DNA of 64,000 nucleotides, from positions 116,373 to 180,372 of the forward strand of contig CAVRAL010000001.1 of the NCBI GenBank assembly GCA_963719085.1, read 5' to 3'. Below, in pieces: positions 39,625-49,464 of this stretch. The translations under genes and the position numbers were made by a program. Under the pieces are notes generated by a model that saw nothing but the letters and a program-made list of their open reading frames with translations, was not told the DNA's origin and ran no database searches. This DNA comes from a candidate division FCPU426 bacterium (lineage in GTDB: Bacteria > Oederibacteriota > Muellerivitia > Muellerivitales > Muellerivitaceae). Every line of letters begins with the position of its first letter. Within the stretch, counting starts at the first letter, position 1.

Positions 39625-40305
39625 TTGAAACGGTTCGTTTTAAATCCTAAAATCTTTGCTCTTGGATATTTCTTGGGCGGGTTTTTATTTTGGGCGCCTT
39701 CCCAAGCCGCGGCGCAGGCCACTCCCATGGCTAGTGTCCTAGGACCCCGGGCGACCGAAGTTACCCAAGCCTTATTGGCGGCCCGCACGCCGACCCCGAC
39801 GCTTTTGCCGGCTCCGACGGTGACCCCGGTGGCGGTATCCACGGCCTCACGAGGCGCTGCTATTCCTACGGTTACCCCGACGGGAACCTTGACGCCGGTC
39901 TTTATGGGAACCGCGACCGCCACCGCGACGATCACTAGAACCAGAACGGTGACACCCACCGGAACCCCAACCGCCACCGGCACCCCCACCCCCACCCCGG
40001 GCGTCTTTCATTTTAAGATTTCACCCCACCCGGTCCAAGGCTCGCTCCACTTTGAGTGGGGGGCCAATATGCAGTCCCAGGAAGTGGATTTGATTGTTTA
40101 TACCAGCAGTTTCCGGCCGGTGCGGCGGTTCATTTTTTCGCCGGATAACCGGGTGGATTTTCTAATCCCGGGTGTCCATGAGTTTATTTGGAATGGGTTG
40201 GATGAGCAGAATCGGCCCCTTGTTCCGGGAACCTATCTTTGTTTTATCGACGTGAAGGTCCGTAAGTCCAGTTATGAGGCCAGCGGGGATTTCACCACCC
40301 CGTAA
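39625..40305 (+). CDS. exported Thr/Pro-rich protein with C-terminal FlgD-Ig-like domain
   Basis: Signal peptide, long TPT/TAT tract, WNGLDEQNRPLVPGTY. Confidence 0.75.
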   Translation: MKRFVLNPKIFALGYFLGGFLFWAPSQAAAQATPMASVLGPRATEVTQALLAARTPTPTLLPAPTVTPVAVSTASRGAAIPTVTPTGTLTPVFMGTATATATITRTRTVTPTGTPTATGTPTPTPGVFHFKISPHPVQGSLHFEWGANMQSQEVDLIVYTSSFRPVRRFIFSPDNRVDFLIPGVHEFIWNGLDEQNRPLVPGTYLCFIDVKVRKSSYEASGDFTTP

Positions 40306-40379
40306 ATGGGGGAGAATATGCTATTATTTCCCTCCCTAAAAAGGGGCGATTCAAACAAGCTTTGAGGGTTAAGAACCAA

Positions 40380-41459
40380 ATGAAAAAGAAAAAAGTAGCC
40401 GTTATCGGCGCCACCGGCGTGGCGGGCCAGCAATTTTTGGCTTCCTTGGCCGGGCATCCCTTTTTTGAAGTTACCGCTTTGGCCGCTTCCGAGCGGTCGG
40501 CGGGGAAGACTTTCGAAAAAGCCATCACGGACGCCTCCGGCGCGTTCCGCTGGTATTGCCAAGAGCCCTTGTCGCCGGATTTCGCCAAACTCAACGTACA
40601 GGACGCCTCCAAACTGGACGCCACCACGGTGGATCTGATTTTTACCGCCGTGGAATCGGACGCGGCGAAAGAACTGGAACCGCGTTACGCCAAAACGACC
40701 CCCGTGGTCTCGACGGCCTCCGCTTTTCGTTATGAGAAGGACGTTCCCATTTTTATTCCGGGCGTGAACCTGGACCATGACCGGTTGATCCCGATCCAAA
40801 AAAAGAACCGGGGCTGGAAAGGTTTCGTGACCCCGGTACCCAATTGCACCACGATGGGATTGGCCATGACCTTGAAGCCGCTCTATGAGGCCTTCGGGGT
40901 AAAGCAAGTTTTGATGACCTCCATGCAGGCGTTGTCCGGCGCGGGCCGTTCGCCCGGCGTCATCGGCATGGATATTTTGGATAATGTGGTTCCTTATATC
41001 CCCAAAGAAGAGGAAAAAGTGGAGTCCGAAACCCAGAAAATTTTGGGGAAGTTTGTGGGTGAGGGAATTGAGTCCGCGGTTTTCCCGGTCTCGGCGACCT
41101 GCACCCGGGTGCCGGTGATGGAAGCCCATACGGAAGCCGTTTATGTTTCCTTGGGCCGGGCGGCCTCCGTGGAAGAAGTAAAAGAAGTCTTGAGAAGTTT
41201 CGGGAAAGATTTTACCGCCCAAGGTTTTCCTTCGGCGCCTTCCCGCTTAATTGATGTCAGTGAGGACCCTTACCGTCCCCAGCCGAGGCTTGACCGGGAC
41301 CGGGAAGGCGGCATGTTGACGAGCGTGGGCCGGGTCCGTTTGGATCACGCGCTGGCCAACGGGATTAAGTATATGGTGGTTTCCCATAACACCAAAATGG
41401 GCGCGGCCAAGGGCGGAATGCTGGTGGCTGAGTATCTCGTGAAGCAGGGGCATATCTGA
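40380..41459 (+). CDS. asd: aspartate-semialdehyde dehydrogenase (archaeal/fungal-like type)
   Basis: GATGVAGQ, PNCTT, QALSGAG, SHNTKMGAA. Confidence 0.95.
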   Translation: MKKKKVAVIGATGVAGQQFLASLAGHPFFEVTALAASERSAGKTFEKAITDASGAFRWYCQEPLSPDFAKLNVQDASKLDATTVDLIFTAVESDAAKELEPRYAKTTPVVSTASAFRYEKDVPIFIPGVNLDHDRLIPIQKKNRGWKGFVTPVPNCTTMGLAMTLKPLYEAFGVKQVLMTSMQALSGAGRSPGVIGMDILDNVVPYIPKEEEKVESETQKILGKFVGEGIESAVFPVSATCTRVPVMEAHTEAVYVSLGRAASVEEVKEVLRSFGKDFTAQGFPSAPSRLIDVSEDPYRPQPRLDRDREGGMLTSVGRVRLDHALANGIKYMVVSHNTKMGAAKGGMLVAEYLVKQGHI

Positions 41460-41467
41460 TGTCTTGA

Positions 41468-41550
41468 AACAATGATATCGGCTGATGAAGGATGATGTTT
41501 TGAAACTGAGATTTGTCCTTATATCAGTACCAATCAGCTTTATCATTGTT
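41468..41550. repeat. intergenic hairpin element with tandem-unit arms (CTGAT subtype)
   Basis: AACAATGAT-ATCGGCTGAT-GAAGGATGAT ... ATCAGTACCA-ATCAGCTTT-ATCATTGTT. Confidence 0.75.
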
Positions 41551-41587
41551 GACTTGTTTAAATTCAGACACTTTTAGGAGGCTTCAA

Positions 41588-42100
41588 ATGCAAGAACGCA
41601 AGGGTGTGATCACGTTTAAGGGCGGACCGTTGACTTTGCTGGGACCTGAAATCAAGGTGGGGGATACCGCGCCTTCTTTTAAACTTTTGAACAATGGCTT
41701 GGCCGAAGTCAGCCTGGACCAATACAAGGGCAAAACCCTTATCCTGTCGGTGGCGCCGTCGCTCGATACCCAGGTTTGCGCTATTCAAACGCGCCGCTTC
41801 AACAAAGAAATCTCCACTTTGCCGGCGGGTGTTGAGGTTTTGACCATCACGGCGGACCTGCCTTTCGCCCAAGGCCGCTTTTGCGGGGCTGAGGGAATCA
41901 CGATCACGACCTTGTCCGATCATCGCGATATGTCTTTCGGCGACGCGTACGGCACCCATATCAAGGAATTGCGTTTGGAAGCCCGGTCGATTTTCGTGAT
42001 CGGCAAAGACGGCAAGGTGAAGTATGTCGAAATCGTCAAAGAAGTGACCGACCAACCGGATTACGACAAAGCTTTGGCGGCGGCGAAGGCGAACATTTAA
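41588..42100 (+). CDS. tpx: thiol peroxidase
   Basis: PSLDTQVC, DLPFAQGRFC, PDYD. Confidence 0.97.
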   Translation: MQERKGVITFKGGPLTLLGPEIKVGDTAPSFKLLNNGLAEVSLDQYKGKTLILSVAPSLDTQVCAIQTRRFNKEISTLPAGVEVLTITADLPFAQGRFCGAEGITITTLSDHRDMSFGDAYGTHIKELRLEARSIFVIGKDGKVKYVEIVKEVTDQPDYDKALAAAKANI

Positions 42101-42107
42101 TAGGAAA

Positions 42108-42215
42108 ATTTCACCGCCAAGACGCCAAGTTCGCCAAGGAAGACAAAACAAAATAAGATTTTAGATGTCTTTTTCTTAGGTTTTCTTGGCGCACTTGGCG
42201 TCTTGGCGGTAAATT
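42108..42215. repeat. intergenic hairpin element with tandem-unit arms (CGCCAAG subtype)
   Basis: ACCGCCAAG-ACGCCAAG-TTCGCCAAG ... CTTGGCGCA-CTTGGCGT-CTTGGCGGT. Confidence 0.88.
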
Positions 42216-42260
42216 AGGTTCGGTTTATTTCAACACTCTTTCAGGTGGTATGCTTCCGAC

Positions 42261-44507
42261 ATGATTATTTCGGCCCTTCTCTTTTTCTTCACTTTTTTCT
42301 TCTATTTGCGCACCCATTGCGCTTCTTTCAACATCAACGACTCGGGCGAAACCATCATGGTTTGCGACCTTTTAACCGTCGGCCATTCGCCGGGCTATCC
42401 GCTCCACGCCCTTTGGGGCCGGGTTTTTTGCTTGTTGCCCATGGGACAGCCCATGTTCCGAGTGACCCTTTGTTCCATGTTCACCGGCGCCGTCGCGGTG
42501 GTGATTCTTTATTGGACCTTGAAGCTGGTTCTCAAGGAACATCTTTATAGCGGGGGCAAGCTGATCGATAACGACCCTTCGGGCGTGCGGGTCAGCCAAT
42601 GGCTTTATGAGTGGCCCGCCATTTTTGGAAGCTTGTGTTTCGCTTTTTCCTACCAGCATTGGTTCCAGGTGGGCGGCTGTAAGGGCGGCATTTACGCGCT
42701 GAACACTTTCTTCTCGCTCATGATGCTTTTCTTGGTTTTCAAATTACGGGAACAAGGCTGGTTTATCCGGTCCTTTTACCTGATGGGTTATTTTTTCAGC
42801 CTGGGGCTGGCCCACCATTGGCCCAGCTCCGGGGTTTTGGTGCCTTGTCTTTTCTGGCTCCTCATCAACAGCCAAAACCGGGTGCCGGTTCCCGCGTTTT
42901 TGAGGTTGCTGGTCAATCCGGTGGCCATCTTCACCGTGCTTTTGGTTTTTATGGGTTCTTTTTTAATCACCGGCTCCAATTTAATCTTGGGCCTGGCGTT
43001 CACCTCGCTGTTCGTGGTTTCTTACACGGCCATCCGTATTTTTGGCCTGACCCATTACCTGCGCTTCTTTACTTTTTCCGTGATCGGCGTGACCCCTTAT
43101 CTTTATCTGACCTTCCGGTCCATCCACGCCCCCATCGTCAATTGGTGGAATCCCGACAACTTCGACCGGCTCTGGGGGACCATTATCCGCAAGGGCTATC
43201 AGGACATTGGGGAAAAGCGGGGCTGGGAAACCTTTCACCGCAATTTCATGCGCTTTTGGTTCCACGCGCACAATCAATTCGGCGACATCTTCACCTTCCT
43301 CGTCTTCGCGCTGGCTTTGTGGGGGCTTTATTGGCTTTGGAAAAAACAACGGGCTAACGCCATTGGTTTCGTGCTTTTCGCCTTCGCCGTTTTCGCCGCC
43401 GTGCTTCTTTTCCCCAATCCACTGGAAGGCTACCAGTGGACGCTGGACAACTTTTTCACCCCCGTATTTCTCATTTTCTCGATCCTGGCCGCCGCGGGGA
43501 TGGCCAGCTTGATCCAGTTCGCCTTCAACCACTGGACCGATATTAGGGCCCGGGGCGCCATCGGCGGATTTTGCCTGGGACTGGCCTTTTTACCGATGGA
43601 GCTCAACTATCACGCCGATGACCAAAGCCGTTACGTAAGCGCCTATGATTACGGCGTCAACATGCTCAAAAGCGTCAACCGCAACGCGGTCATTTTTTGC
43701 AACGGGGATATCGACATCCTGCCCCTTTGGTACATGCAATACGTGCTGGGCAAAAGGCCCGAGGTGGTCAGCTTCACCATGCAGTTGATCCCTTACGATT
43801 GGTACCGGAATCCTTTAATGAAAAGATCGCCCTTCCTTTATGTGCCCGTGGGCCAGGATGTGCGCCCCGAGACCGTGGTGCAGGACATGATCAACGCCCA
43901 TTCCGGGGAGAAGTCATTTTATTACACGAACATTTTCACGGCCGAATGGATGCGCAATAACAATCCCTCCATTCCTGAGGGCTTCATGTGGCGCATGACC
44001 AACAGCAAGGATCTGAATTATCCCTTTGATTCCAACCGCTTGAATGGCTATTGGTCCACCTACCGGCTGCGGGACATGGACGCGCCGGAGCGGGGTTATT
44101 GGGATGAGTACACGGACGTCATGAAGGACTCTTACGGCATCGGCTACGATTTCACCGGCTATTTCGGTTACATGAATAAATTGCCCCAGTTGGCGCTGTG
44201 GAGTTTCGGCAACGCCTTGCGCTACCGCCAGCCCCAAACCCTTTCGCGCATTTACATGATGCTGGGTGAGACCTACTTGATGACGAACAACGGCGGGGGC
44301 GCCATGCCTTGTTACGAGGAAGTCTTGCGGCGGGAACCGAATAATCCTTTCGCCATGGCCCGGATCGGGAAATGTTATTTCCTCATGAAAGACTTGGCCA
44401 ACGCCGAACAGGCGTACCGGGCTTCGCTGGCCGTGAATCCCCAGCAGAAGGAAGCTTTGGACGGCCTGGAAGAACTCGGTAACCTGGAGAAAAAGGCCGG
44501 AAAGTAG
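42261..44507 (+). CDS. DUF2723 (TMEM260-like) GT-C membrane protein with C-terminal TPR
   Basis: DSGE..L.VGHSPGYPL, GLAHH, FCNGD.D..PLWYMQYV.G.RPEV; terminal TPR repeats. Confidence 0.85.
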   Translation: MIISALLFFFTFFFYLRTHCASFNINDSGETIMVCDLLTVGHSPGYPLHALWGRVFCLLPMGQPMFRVTLCSMFTGAVAVVILYWTLKLVLKEHLYSGGKLIDNDPSGVRVSQWLYEWPAIFGSLCFAFSYQHWFQVGGCKGGIYALNTFFSLMMLFLVFKLREQGWFIRSFYLMGYFFSLGLAHHWPSSGVLVPCLFWLLINSQNRVPVPAFLRLLVNPVAIFTVLLVFMGSFLITGSNLILGLAFTSLFVVSYTAIRIFGLTHYLRFFTFSVIGVTPYLYLTFRSIHAPIVNWWNPDNFDRLWGTIIRKGYQDIGEKRGWETFHRNFMRFWFHAHNQFGDIFTFLVFALALWGLYWLWKKQRANAIGFVLFAFAVFAAVLLFPNPLEGYQWTLDNFFTPVFLIFSILAAAGMASLIQFAFNHWTDIRARGAIGGFCLGLAFLPMELNYHADDQSRYVSAYDYGVNMLKSVNRNAVIFCNGDIDILPLWYMQYVLGKRPEVVSFTMQLIPYDWYRNPLMKRSPFLYVPVGQDVRPETVVQDMINAHSGEKSFYYTNIFTAEWMRNNNPSIPEGFMWRMTNSKDLNYPFDSNRLNGYWSTYRLRDMDAPERGYWDEYTDVMKDSYGIGYDFTGYFGYMNKLPQLALWSFGNALRYRQPQTLSRIYMMLGETYLMTNNGGGAMPCYEEVLRREPNNPFAMARIGKCYFLMKDLANAEQAYRASLAVNPQQKEALDGLEELGNLEKKAGK

Positions 44508-44511
44508 TTTC

Positions 44512-45303
44512 GTGGGATCCCGTAACCTTCAACTCATTGTGCAGTATGACGGCACCCCCTACGCGGGCTGGCAAAAGCAAAGGGGTTTGGAAACCGTCCA
44601 GGGAACGCTGGAAGAGCGGCTTTCCGAAATCGCCGGGCATCCGGTGGATCTTTTAGTGGCGGGCCGCACCGACGCGGGCGTCCACGCCCTGGGACAAACC
44701 GCCAACTTTCACACCCACTCCTCCATGCCGGTCAAGCAAGTCCAAGAGGTCGTCAACCGGCTTTTGCCCCACAGCGTCCGCGTGGCTAGGGTACGGGAAG
44801 TTCCCGCCGCTTTTCACGCCACTTATCACGCTTCCGCCAAGCTTTACCGCTATGTCATCCGCAATCATCCGGACTACACGGTTTTCGACCGGCATTTTTA
44901 CCACCATGTGCGCCGGACTTTGGATGTTTCCCTCATGCAAAAAGCCGCCCATCAGTTTGAGGGAAGCCACGATTTCACTTCCTTCCGGGGTGTCCTGGGC
45001 CGGCACGCGAACCCGGTCCGGGTGATGAAAAAGATCCGGGTGACCCGCAAGGGTTCGGATGTTTATTTGGATTACCTGGGCCACTCCTTTTTACACCAGA
45101 TGGTGCGCATCCTCAGCGGGACGCTGGTCTACGCCGGTTGGGAAAAACTCAAGCCCGAGGACATGCGGATGATTCTGGACGCCAAGGACCGGATGAAAGC
45201 CGGGCCCACCCTTCCGCCCACCGGCCTTTTTTTGATGAAGGTTTTTTATCCGAAAACTTTTCCACCCGTGCGCAATCGCCGCGGAGCCGGGCCGGAAGAA
45301 TGA
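44512..45303 (+). CDS. truA: tRNA pseudouridine(38-40) synthase
   Basis: YDGTPYAGWQ, AGRTDAGVHA, FLHQMVR. Confidence 0.97.
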   Translation: MGSRNLQLIVQYDGTPYAGWQKQRGLETVQGTLEERLSEIAGHPVDLLVAGRTDAGVHALGQTANFHTHSSMPVKQVQEVVNRLLPHSVRVARVREVPAAFHATYHASAKLYRYVIRNHPDYTVFDRHFYHHVRRTLDVSLMQKAAHQFEGSHDFTSFRGVLGRHANPVRVMKKIRVTRKGSDVYLDYLGHSFLHQMVRILSGTLVYAGWEKLKPEDMRMILDAKDRMKAGPTLPPTGLFLMKVFYPKTFPPVRNRRGAGPEE

Positions 45304-45842
45304 GTCTTTTAAGGCTGGGCGGTTTGGGGCTTTTATTAAGCGTCTTTGTTTTTTGGCAGGACCCCGTGATGGACTTTAGGCTTCATCACCCCGAATTGAT
45401 CGGCCGGTTGATCCTTCTTTATGGGTTTCCCTGGCTCATCGGCGTCACGCTCTTGGCATTGGGGCCCGACTTGTTTATCCTGGAAAACGTTTGGAGGGGC
45501 TGGCTCTTAGGGACCTTCTGGTTTTGCGGCCTGCCTTGGCTCTTGGTGTGGTGTTTCCTTTGGTCCCGATTGGTTTCCCCCGGTCATTGGCAAGTGTTGA
45601 CTTTGGCGGACGGTTTGGGAATTGGTTGTGCTTTGGCTTTAGGGCTGGCGGGATGGATGAGCGTGGAGGGCCGTGAAAGCCGAATTTGGTTTTCGCGCGC
45701 TTTTGGCTGGATTGTTTTTTACGAGTCTGTCTTGAATCTTTTTTTACAGCCTGGTCTCTGGTTTTTGGCCTTTTCCGCCTGCGGCGCGGGATTGATTTTA
45801 TGGGCGACATTCGCCCCACGAAGGATCAGCGATGGCTTATGA
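45300..45842 (+). CDS. hypothetical membrane protein
   Basis: ATGA-coupled to truA stop; multiple hydrophobic helices. Confidence 0.6.
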   Translation: MSLLRLGGLGLLLSVFVFWQDPVMDFRLHHPELIGRLILLYGFPWLIGVTLLALGPDLFILENVWRGWLLGTFWFCGLPWLLVWCFLWSRLVSPGHWQVLTLADGLGIGCALALGLAGWMSVEGRESRIWFSRAFGWIVFYESVLNLFLQPGLWFLAFSACGAGLILWATFAPRRISDGL

Positions 45843-47280
45843 ATCCCTGGACGCCTTTATCGAGTTTCTTGAGAAAAAAGGCGAACTTGTCCGCGTCAAA
45901 GAAGAAGTCGATCCAGTCCTTGAAGTCACCGCCATCGTGGATAAAGTCTCCAAGTCGCCGGAGGGGGGCAAAGCCCTTCTTTTTGAGAAACCCAAAGGCA
46001 GCGCTTACCCGCTTTTGATCAACGCGTTTGGCTCGACCCGCCGCATGGCCTGGGCGCTCGGCGTGGGGAATCTGGAAGAGCACGCCCAGGCGATCCGGGA
46101 GCTGCTTGACCTGAAACCGCCCAAGGGTTTGATGGACAAAATTAAGTTCCTTCCCAAATTGGCGGAAGTGGCTAAATTCCCACCGGTGGAAATTTCCAAA
46201 GGCGCCTGCCAGGAAGTCGTTGAAAAAGATCCGGACCTCCACACCTTACCGATCTTGAAATGCTGGCCCGAGGATGGCGGCCGCTTTATTACCTTGCCCT
46301 TGGTTTACACGAAGGACCCCGAAACGGGCGTCGGCAATATCGGCATGTACCGCCTGCAGATCCATGATTCCAAATCCACCGGCATGCATTGGCAGGTGCA
46401 TCATGGGGGGGCGGGGCACCATCGCAAGGCGGAGAAAATGGGGAAGCGGCTCGAGGTGGCGGTGGCCATTGGAGGCGACCCGGCCCTGACTTACGCGGCG
46501 ACAGCGCCTTTGCCCGAAGGCATTGATGAGCTTTTATTCGCCGGTTTTTTGAGAAAAAAACCCGTGGAATTGGTGAAGTGCAAGACGGTTGATTTATGGG
46601 TGCACGCCGACGCGGACTTTGTTTTGGAAGGCTACGTGGAGCCGGGCGAGCGCAAGCGGGAAGGCCCCTTCGGCGACCATACGGGCTATTACAGTTTGGC
46701 CGACGACTATCCGGTTTTCCATGTCACCGCCCTGACCCACCGGAAAAAACCGGTTTACCTGACCACGATTGTGGGCAAACCCCCGATGGAAGACGGTTAT
46801 TTGGGTAAAGCCACCGAGCGTTTGTTTCTTCCGCTGCTTCAAAAAGTTTTGCCGGAAATTGTCGACATGGACATGCCGGTCGAGGGGATTTTCCATAATT
46901 TGGTGATTGTTTCCATCGATAAACAATATCCCCAACAGGCCCGCAAGGTCATGTTCGCCCTCTGGGGGCTGGGCCAGATGATGCTCAATAAAATCCTCGT
47001 CGTGGTGGATAAGGATACGGATGTGCATAACTACGGTCAGGTGCTTTGGCGGGTGGGCAATTGCATGGACGCCAAACGGGATACCTTGATTGTGGACGGG
47101 CCTTTGGATGTGCTGGACCACGCCTCGCCCCAATGGGGCTGGGGCGGCAAGATCGGCATCGACGCCACCCGCAAATGGAAAGAAGAGGGGTTTAACCGGG
47201 AATGGCCGGACGAATTAACGATGGACCCGAAGGTCCAGGAGAAGGTTTTGCCGATCCTTAAAAAATACGGTTTCCTTTAA
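45832..47280 (+). CDS. UbiD-family decarboxylase (menaquinone biosynthesis type)
   Basis: DGGRFITLP, NIGMYR, EGPFGDHTGYY, ERLFLP, GIDAT. Confidence 0.95.
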   Translation: MAYESLDAFIEFLEKKGELVRVKEEVDPVLEVTAIVDKVSKSPEGGKALLFEKPKGSAYPLLINAFGSTRRMAWALGVGNLEEHAQAIRELLDLKPPKGLMDKIKFLPKLAEVAKFPPVEISKGACQEVVEKDPDLHTLPILKCWPEDGGRFITLPLVYTKDPETGVGNIGMYRLQIHDSKSTGMHWQVHHGGAGHHRKAEKMGKRLEVAVAIGGDPALTYAATAPLPEGIDELLFAGFLRKKPVELVKCKTVDLWVHADADFVLEGYVEPGERKREGPFGDHTGYYSLADDYPVFHVTALTHRKKPVYLTTIVGKPPMEDGYLGKATERLFLPLLQKVLPEIVDMDMPVEGIFHNLVIVSIDKQYPQQARKVMFALWGLGQMMLNKILVVVDKDTDVHNYGQVLWRVGNCMDAKRDTLIVDGPLDVLDHASPQWGWGGKIGIDATRKWKEEGFNREWPDELTMDPKVQEKVLPILKKYGFL

Positions 47281-47399
47281 GCGGAAACCGTCTGCCTAAA
47301 CGTAACCTGGATTTTCCATTGATTATTTGCTTCGCCCCGCCTCTTTTTCTAAACTCCAACCAGACCTAAATTGAATCAAAGGATTGGAAGGAGACAGTT

Positions 47400-47750
47400 A
47401 TGGCATTGACAAAAGAGCAGGTTTTAAAGGAATTGAAAGCCGATCATGTGGTGATTTTGAATGTTTTGCCTGAAGCGGAGTATCGAAAGCTCCACATCAA
47501 AGGCTCCCGAAACCTCCCGTTGGGAGAGGACTCCGGCGCCTTTCTCGACGCCGTCGAGGAACAATTCGGACGGGGTAAGTTGTTCATCACTTATTGCGCC
47601 GGACCGAGTTGTTCCGCCGGTCCCCACGCGGCAAAGCTTCTGAATGAAAATGGATTCAAGGCCGAGGATTATCCCGGTGGTATCGAGGAATGGCATGACA
47701 ATGGATTGCCGGTGGAAGGAAGCATGGAAGAAGTTCCATTGAAGGCTTAA
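47400..47750 (+). CDS. rhodanese-like domain protein
   Basis: HIKGSRNLP, YCAGPSC, GGIEEW. Confidence 0.88.
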   Translation: MALTKEQVLKELKADHVVILNVLPEAEYRKLHIKGSRNLPLGEDSGAFLDAVEEQFGRGKLFITYCAGPSCSAGPHAAKLLNENGFKAEDYPGGIEEWHDNGLPVEGSMEEVPLKA

Positions 47751-47779
47751 TTTTCAGGGTTTTAATAAAGTTTTAAAGT

Positions 47780-47820
47780 AAAGGCCTGTTTTCCTAGGGG
47801 AAGGCGGGCCTTTTTATTTT
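47780..47820 (+). terminator. intrinsic terminator
   Basis: AAAGGCCTGTTTTCC/GGAAGGCGGGCCTTT plus T-rich tail. Confidence 0.75.
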
Positions 47821-47876
47821 GATTAAAATTGGTTATAAAAGTCCCTCGGCCGCATACCCAAAGACCAAGGAATGCC

Positions 47877-48560
47877 ATGAGCCAAACCATCCAGCAGATG
47901 TTTTCCCGCATTGCCCCGACCTATGACCAGGCCAATCACGCCCTGTCCTTCAATAAAGACATTCAGTGGCGTAAAGATGCGGTAAGCCAAGCGGCCCAAG
48001 ACGGCTTCAAGCCCCGTCTGGTTCTGGATCTTTGCGCGGGTACGGGGGATTTCGCGCTGGCGGTAAAGGAACAATGGCCCGAGGCCAAGGTCGCGCTGGC
48101 CGATTTCGCCAAGCCCATGTTGGTCTTGGCCAAACAAAAAGCGGGAACCAGCTTTGATTACTTGGAGGCGGACGCCTTGAAACTGCCTTTCCAAGATTTT
48201 TCTTTCGATTTGGTGGTTTGCGGTTTCGGGGTCCGGAACCTGGACTCGGTGGAAGCGGGGCTCAAAGAAATCGCCCGGGTCTTGAAGCCCGGCGGCAAGG
48301 CCGTGATCCTTGAGTTTTTTAAACCCACGGGCTTTTTGGCCAAACTGGCCTATACCTTTTATGTGGGGACGATTCTTCCGATGCGGGGCGGCGCCATTTC
48401 CAAGGATAAAGCCGCTTACGAGTATCTGCAAAAGTCCTCCAAGCAATTTTTGTCCTTGAACGATTTCAAAGCGATCTTGGAAAAAAACGGGTTTAAGGAT
48501 GTCATGGTTAAGAGCCAAACGATGGGTGTGGCGGCTAGTTTGGTGGCGGTAAGGAAGTAA
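47877..48560 (+). CDS. UbiE/MenG-family quinone methyltransferase
   Basis: MFSRIAPTYD..N..LS, VLDLCAGTGD, FGVRN, RVLKPGG. Confidence 0.93.
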   Translation: MSQTIQQMFSRIAPTYDQANHALSFNKDIQWRKDAVSQAAQDGFKPRLVLDLCAGTGDFALAVKEQWPEAKVALADFAKPMLVLAKQKAGTSFDYLEADALKLPFQDFSFDLVVCGFGVRNLDSVEAGLKEIARVLKPGGKAVILEFFKPTGFLAKLAYTFYVGTILPMRGGAISKDKAAYEYLQKSSKQFLSLNDFKAILEKNGFKDVMVKSQTMGVAASLVAVRK

Positions 48561-48671
48561 GTGACGGCAACTTTATTAACCGTCATTGCGACGCGGCAAT
48601 CTCAGTTTGTGGGTTGTTTTTGGAGGTGACGTCTTAATTCCACAAATTCAAAATGGGAAGATAAAGGAAAT

Positions 48672-49247
48672 ATGAAAAAAATATTTATCGCTGTCACCGG
48701 GGCTTCCGGCACACTCTATGCCCGGCGCTTCTTCCAGCACCTTCCCTATGACGATTGGGAAGTGCATGCTTGCGTGTCATCATCCGCCCGAATCGTGGCT
48801 TCGCATGAAGGGGGATTGAACCTGCCGCCGCACGTCAAAGAGTGGGATGAGAAAGACCTGACGGCTCCCGTGGCCAGCGGCTCCAACAAATTCGAGGCCA
48901 TGGTGGCGGTGCCTTGTTCCACGGCGACTTTAGGCAAGCTGGCCCATGGGATCGCCGATAACCTGATCACCCGGGCGGGCGAGGTTTTTTTAAAGGAACG
49001 CCGGAGGCTCATCCTGGTCCAACGGGAAACGCCCCTGTCGCTGATCCAGATCAAAAACATGGAACTCTTGACCTTGGCGGGCGCCCATCTGATTCCGGCC
49101 AACCCGAGCTTTTACGGACAACCCAAAACGATCGAGGATTTGGCCGATACGGTGATTGCCCGGGTTTACGACCACGCCGGGATCCAGGCTGAGGTCGCCA
49201 AACGCTGGCGGGCCGAGGAAGCCCGTAAGCTTCCGAACGAAAAATAA
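48672..49247 (+). CDS. ubiX: UbiX-family flavin prenyltransferase
   Basis: VTGASG, APVASGS, PCS, LKERRRL..RETPL. Confidence 0.95.
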   Translation: MKKIFIAVTGASGTLYARRFFQHLPYDDWEVHACVSSSARIVASHEGGLNLPPHVKEWDEKDLTAPVASGSNKFEAMVAVPCSTATLGKLAHGIADNLITRAGEVFLKERRRLILVQRETPLSLIQIKNMELLTLAGAHLIPANPSFYGQPKTIEDLADTVIARVYDHAGIQAEVAKRWRAEEARKLPNEK

Positions 49248-49301
49248 GTTAAAAAACAAAGCCGCCGGGGGTGCCTTGGGGGCGGGCTTTTGAATATAAT
49301 C

Positions 49302-49453
49302 TCCCCGCTTCGCCCAAAGGCGAAAAGCGCTGCGCCGGGCAGGTCCGGCTTCGTTTAAAGCCAAAAACCGATGTGTTAGATATAGCTCGTAGAGTCCAGG
49401 GAATATAACGCTGTACGTGACGGGCATGCCCGGCGTAGCGCAGCGAAGACGGG
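49302..49453. repeat. inverted pair of GC-rich REP-like palindromes
   Basis: TGCCCGGCGCAGCGC..GCGAAGCGGG on the - strand (~49302-49343) and TGCCCGGCGTAGCGCAGCGAAGACGGG on the + strand (~49427-49453). Confidence 0.6.
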
Positions 49454-49464
49454 AAAGGGAAGAA

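Noticed and set aside
39780-40000. DNA tandem repeat
   Set aside because: Reflects Thr/Pro codons of a protein linker with varied third positions, not a nucleotide-level repeat.
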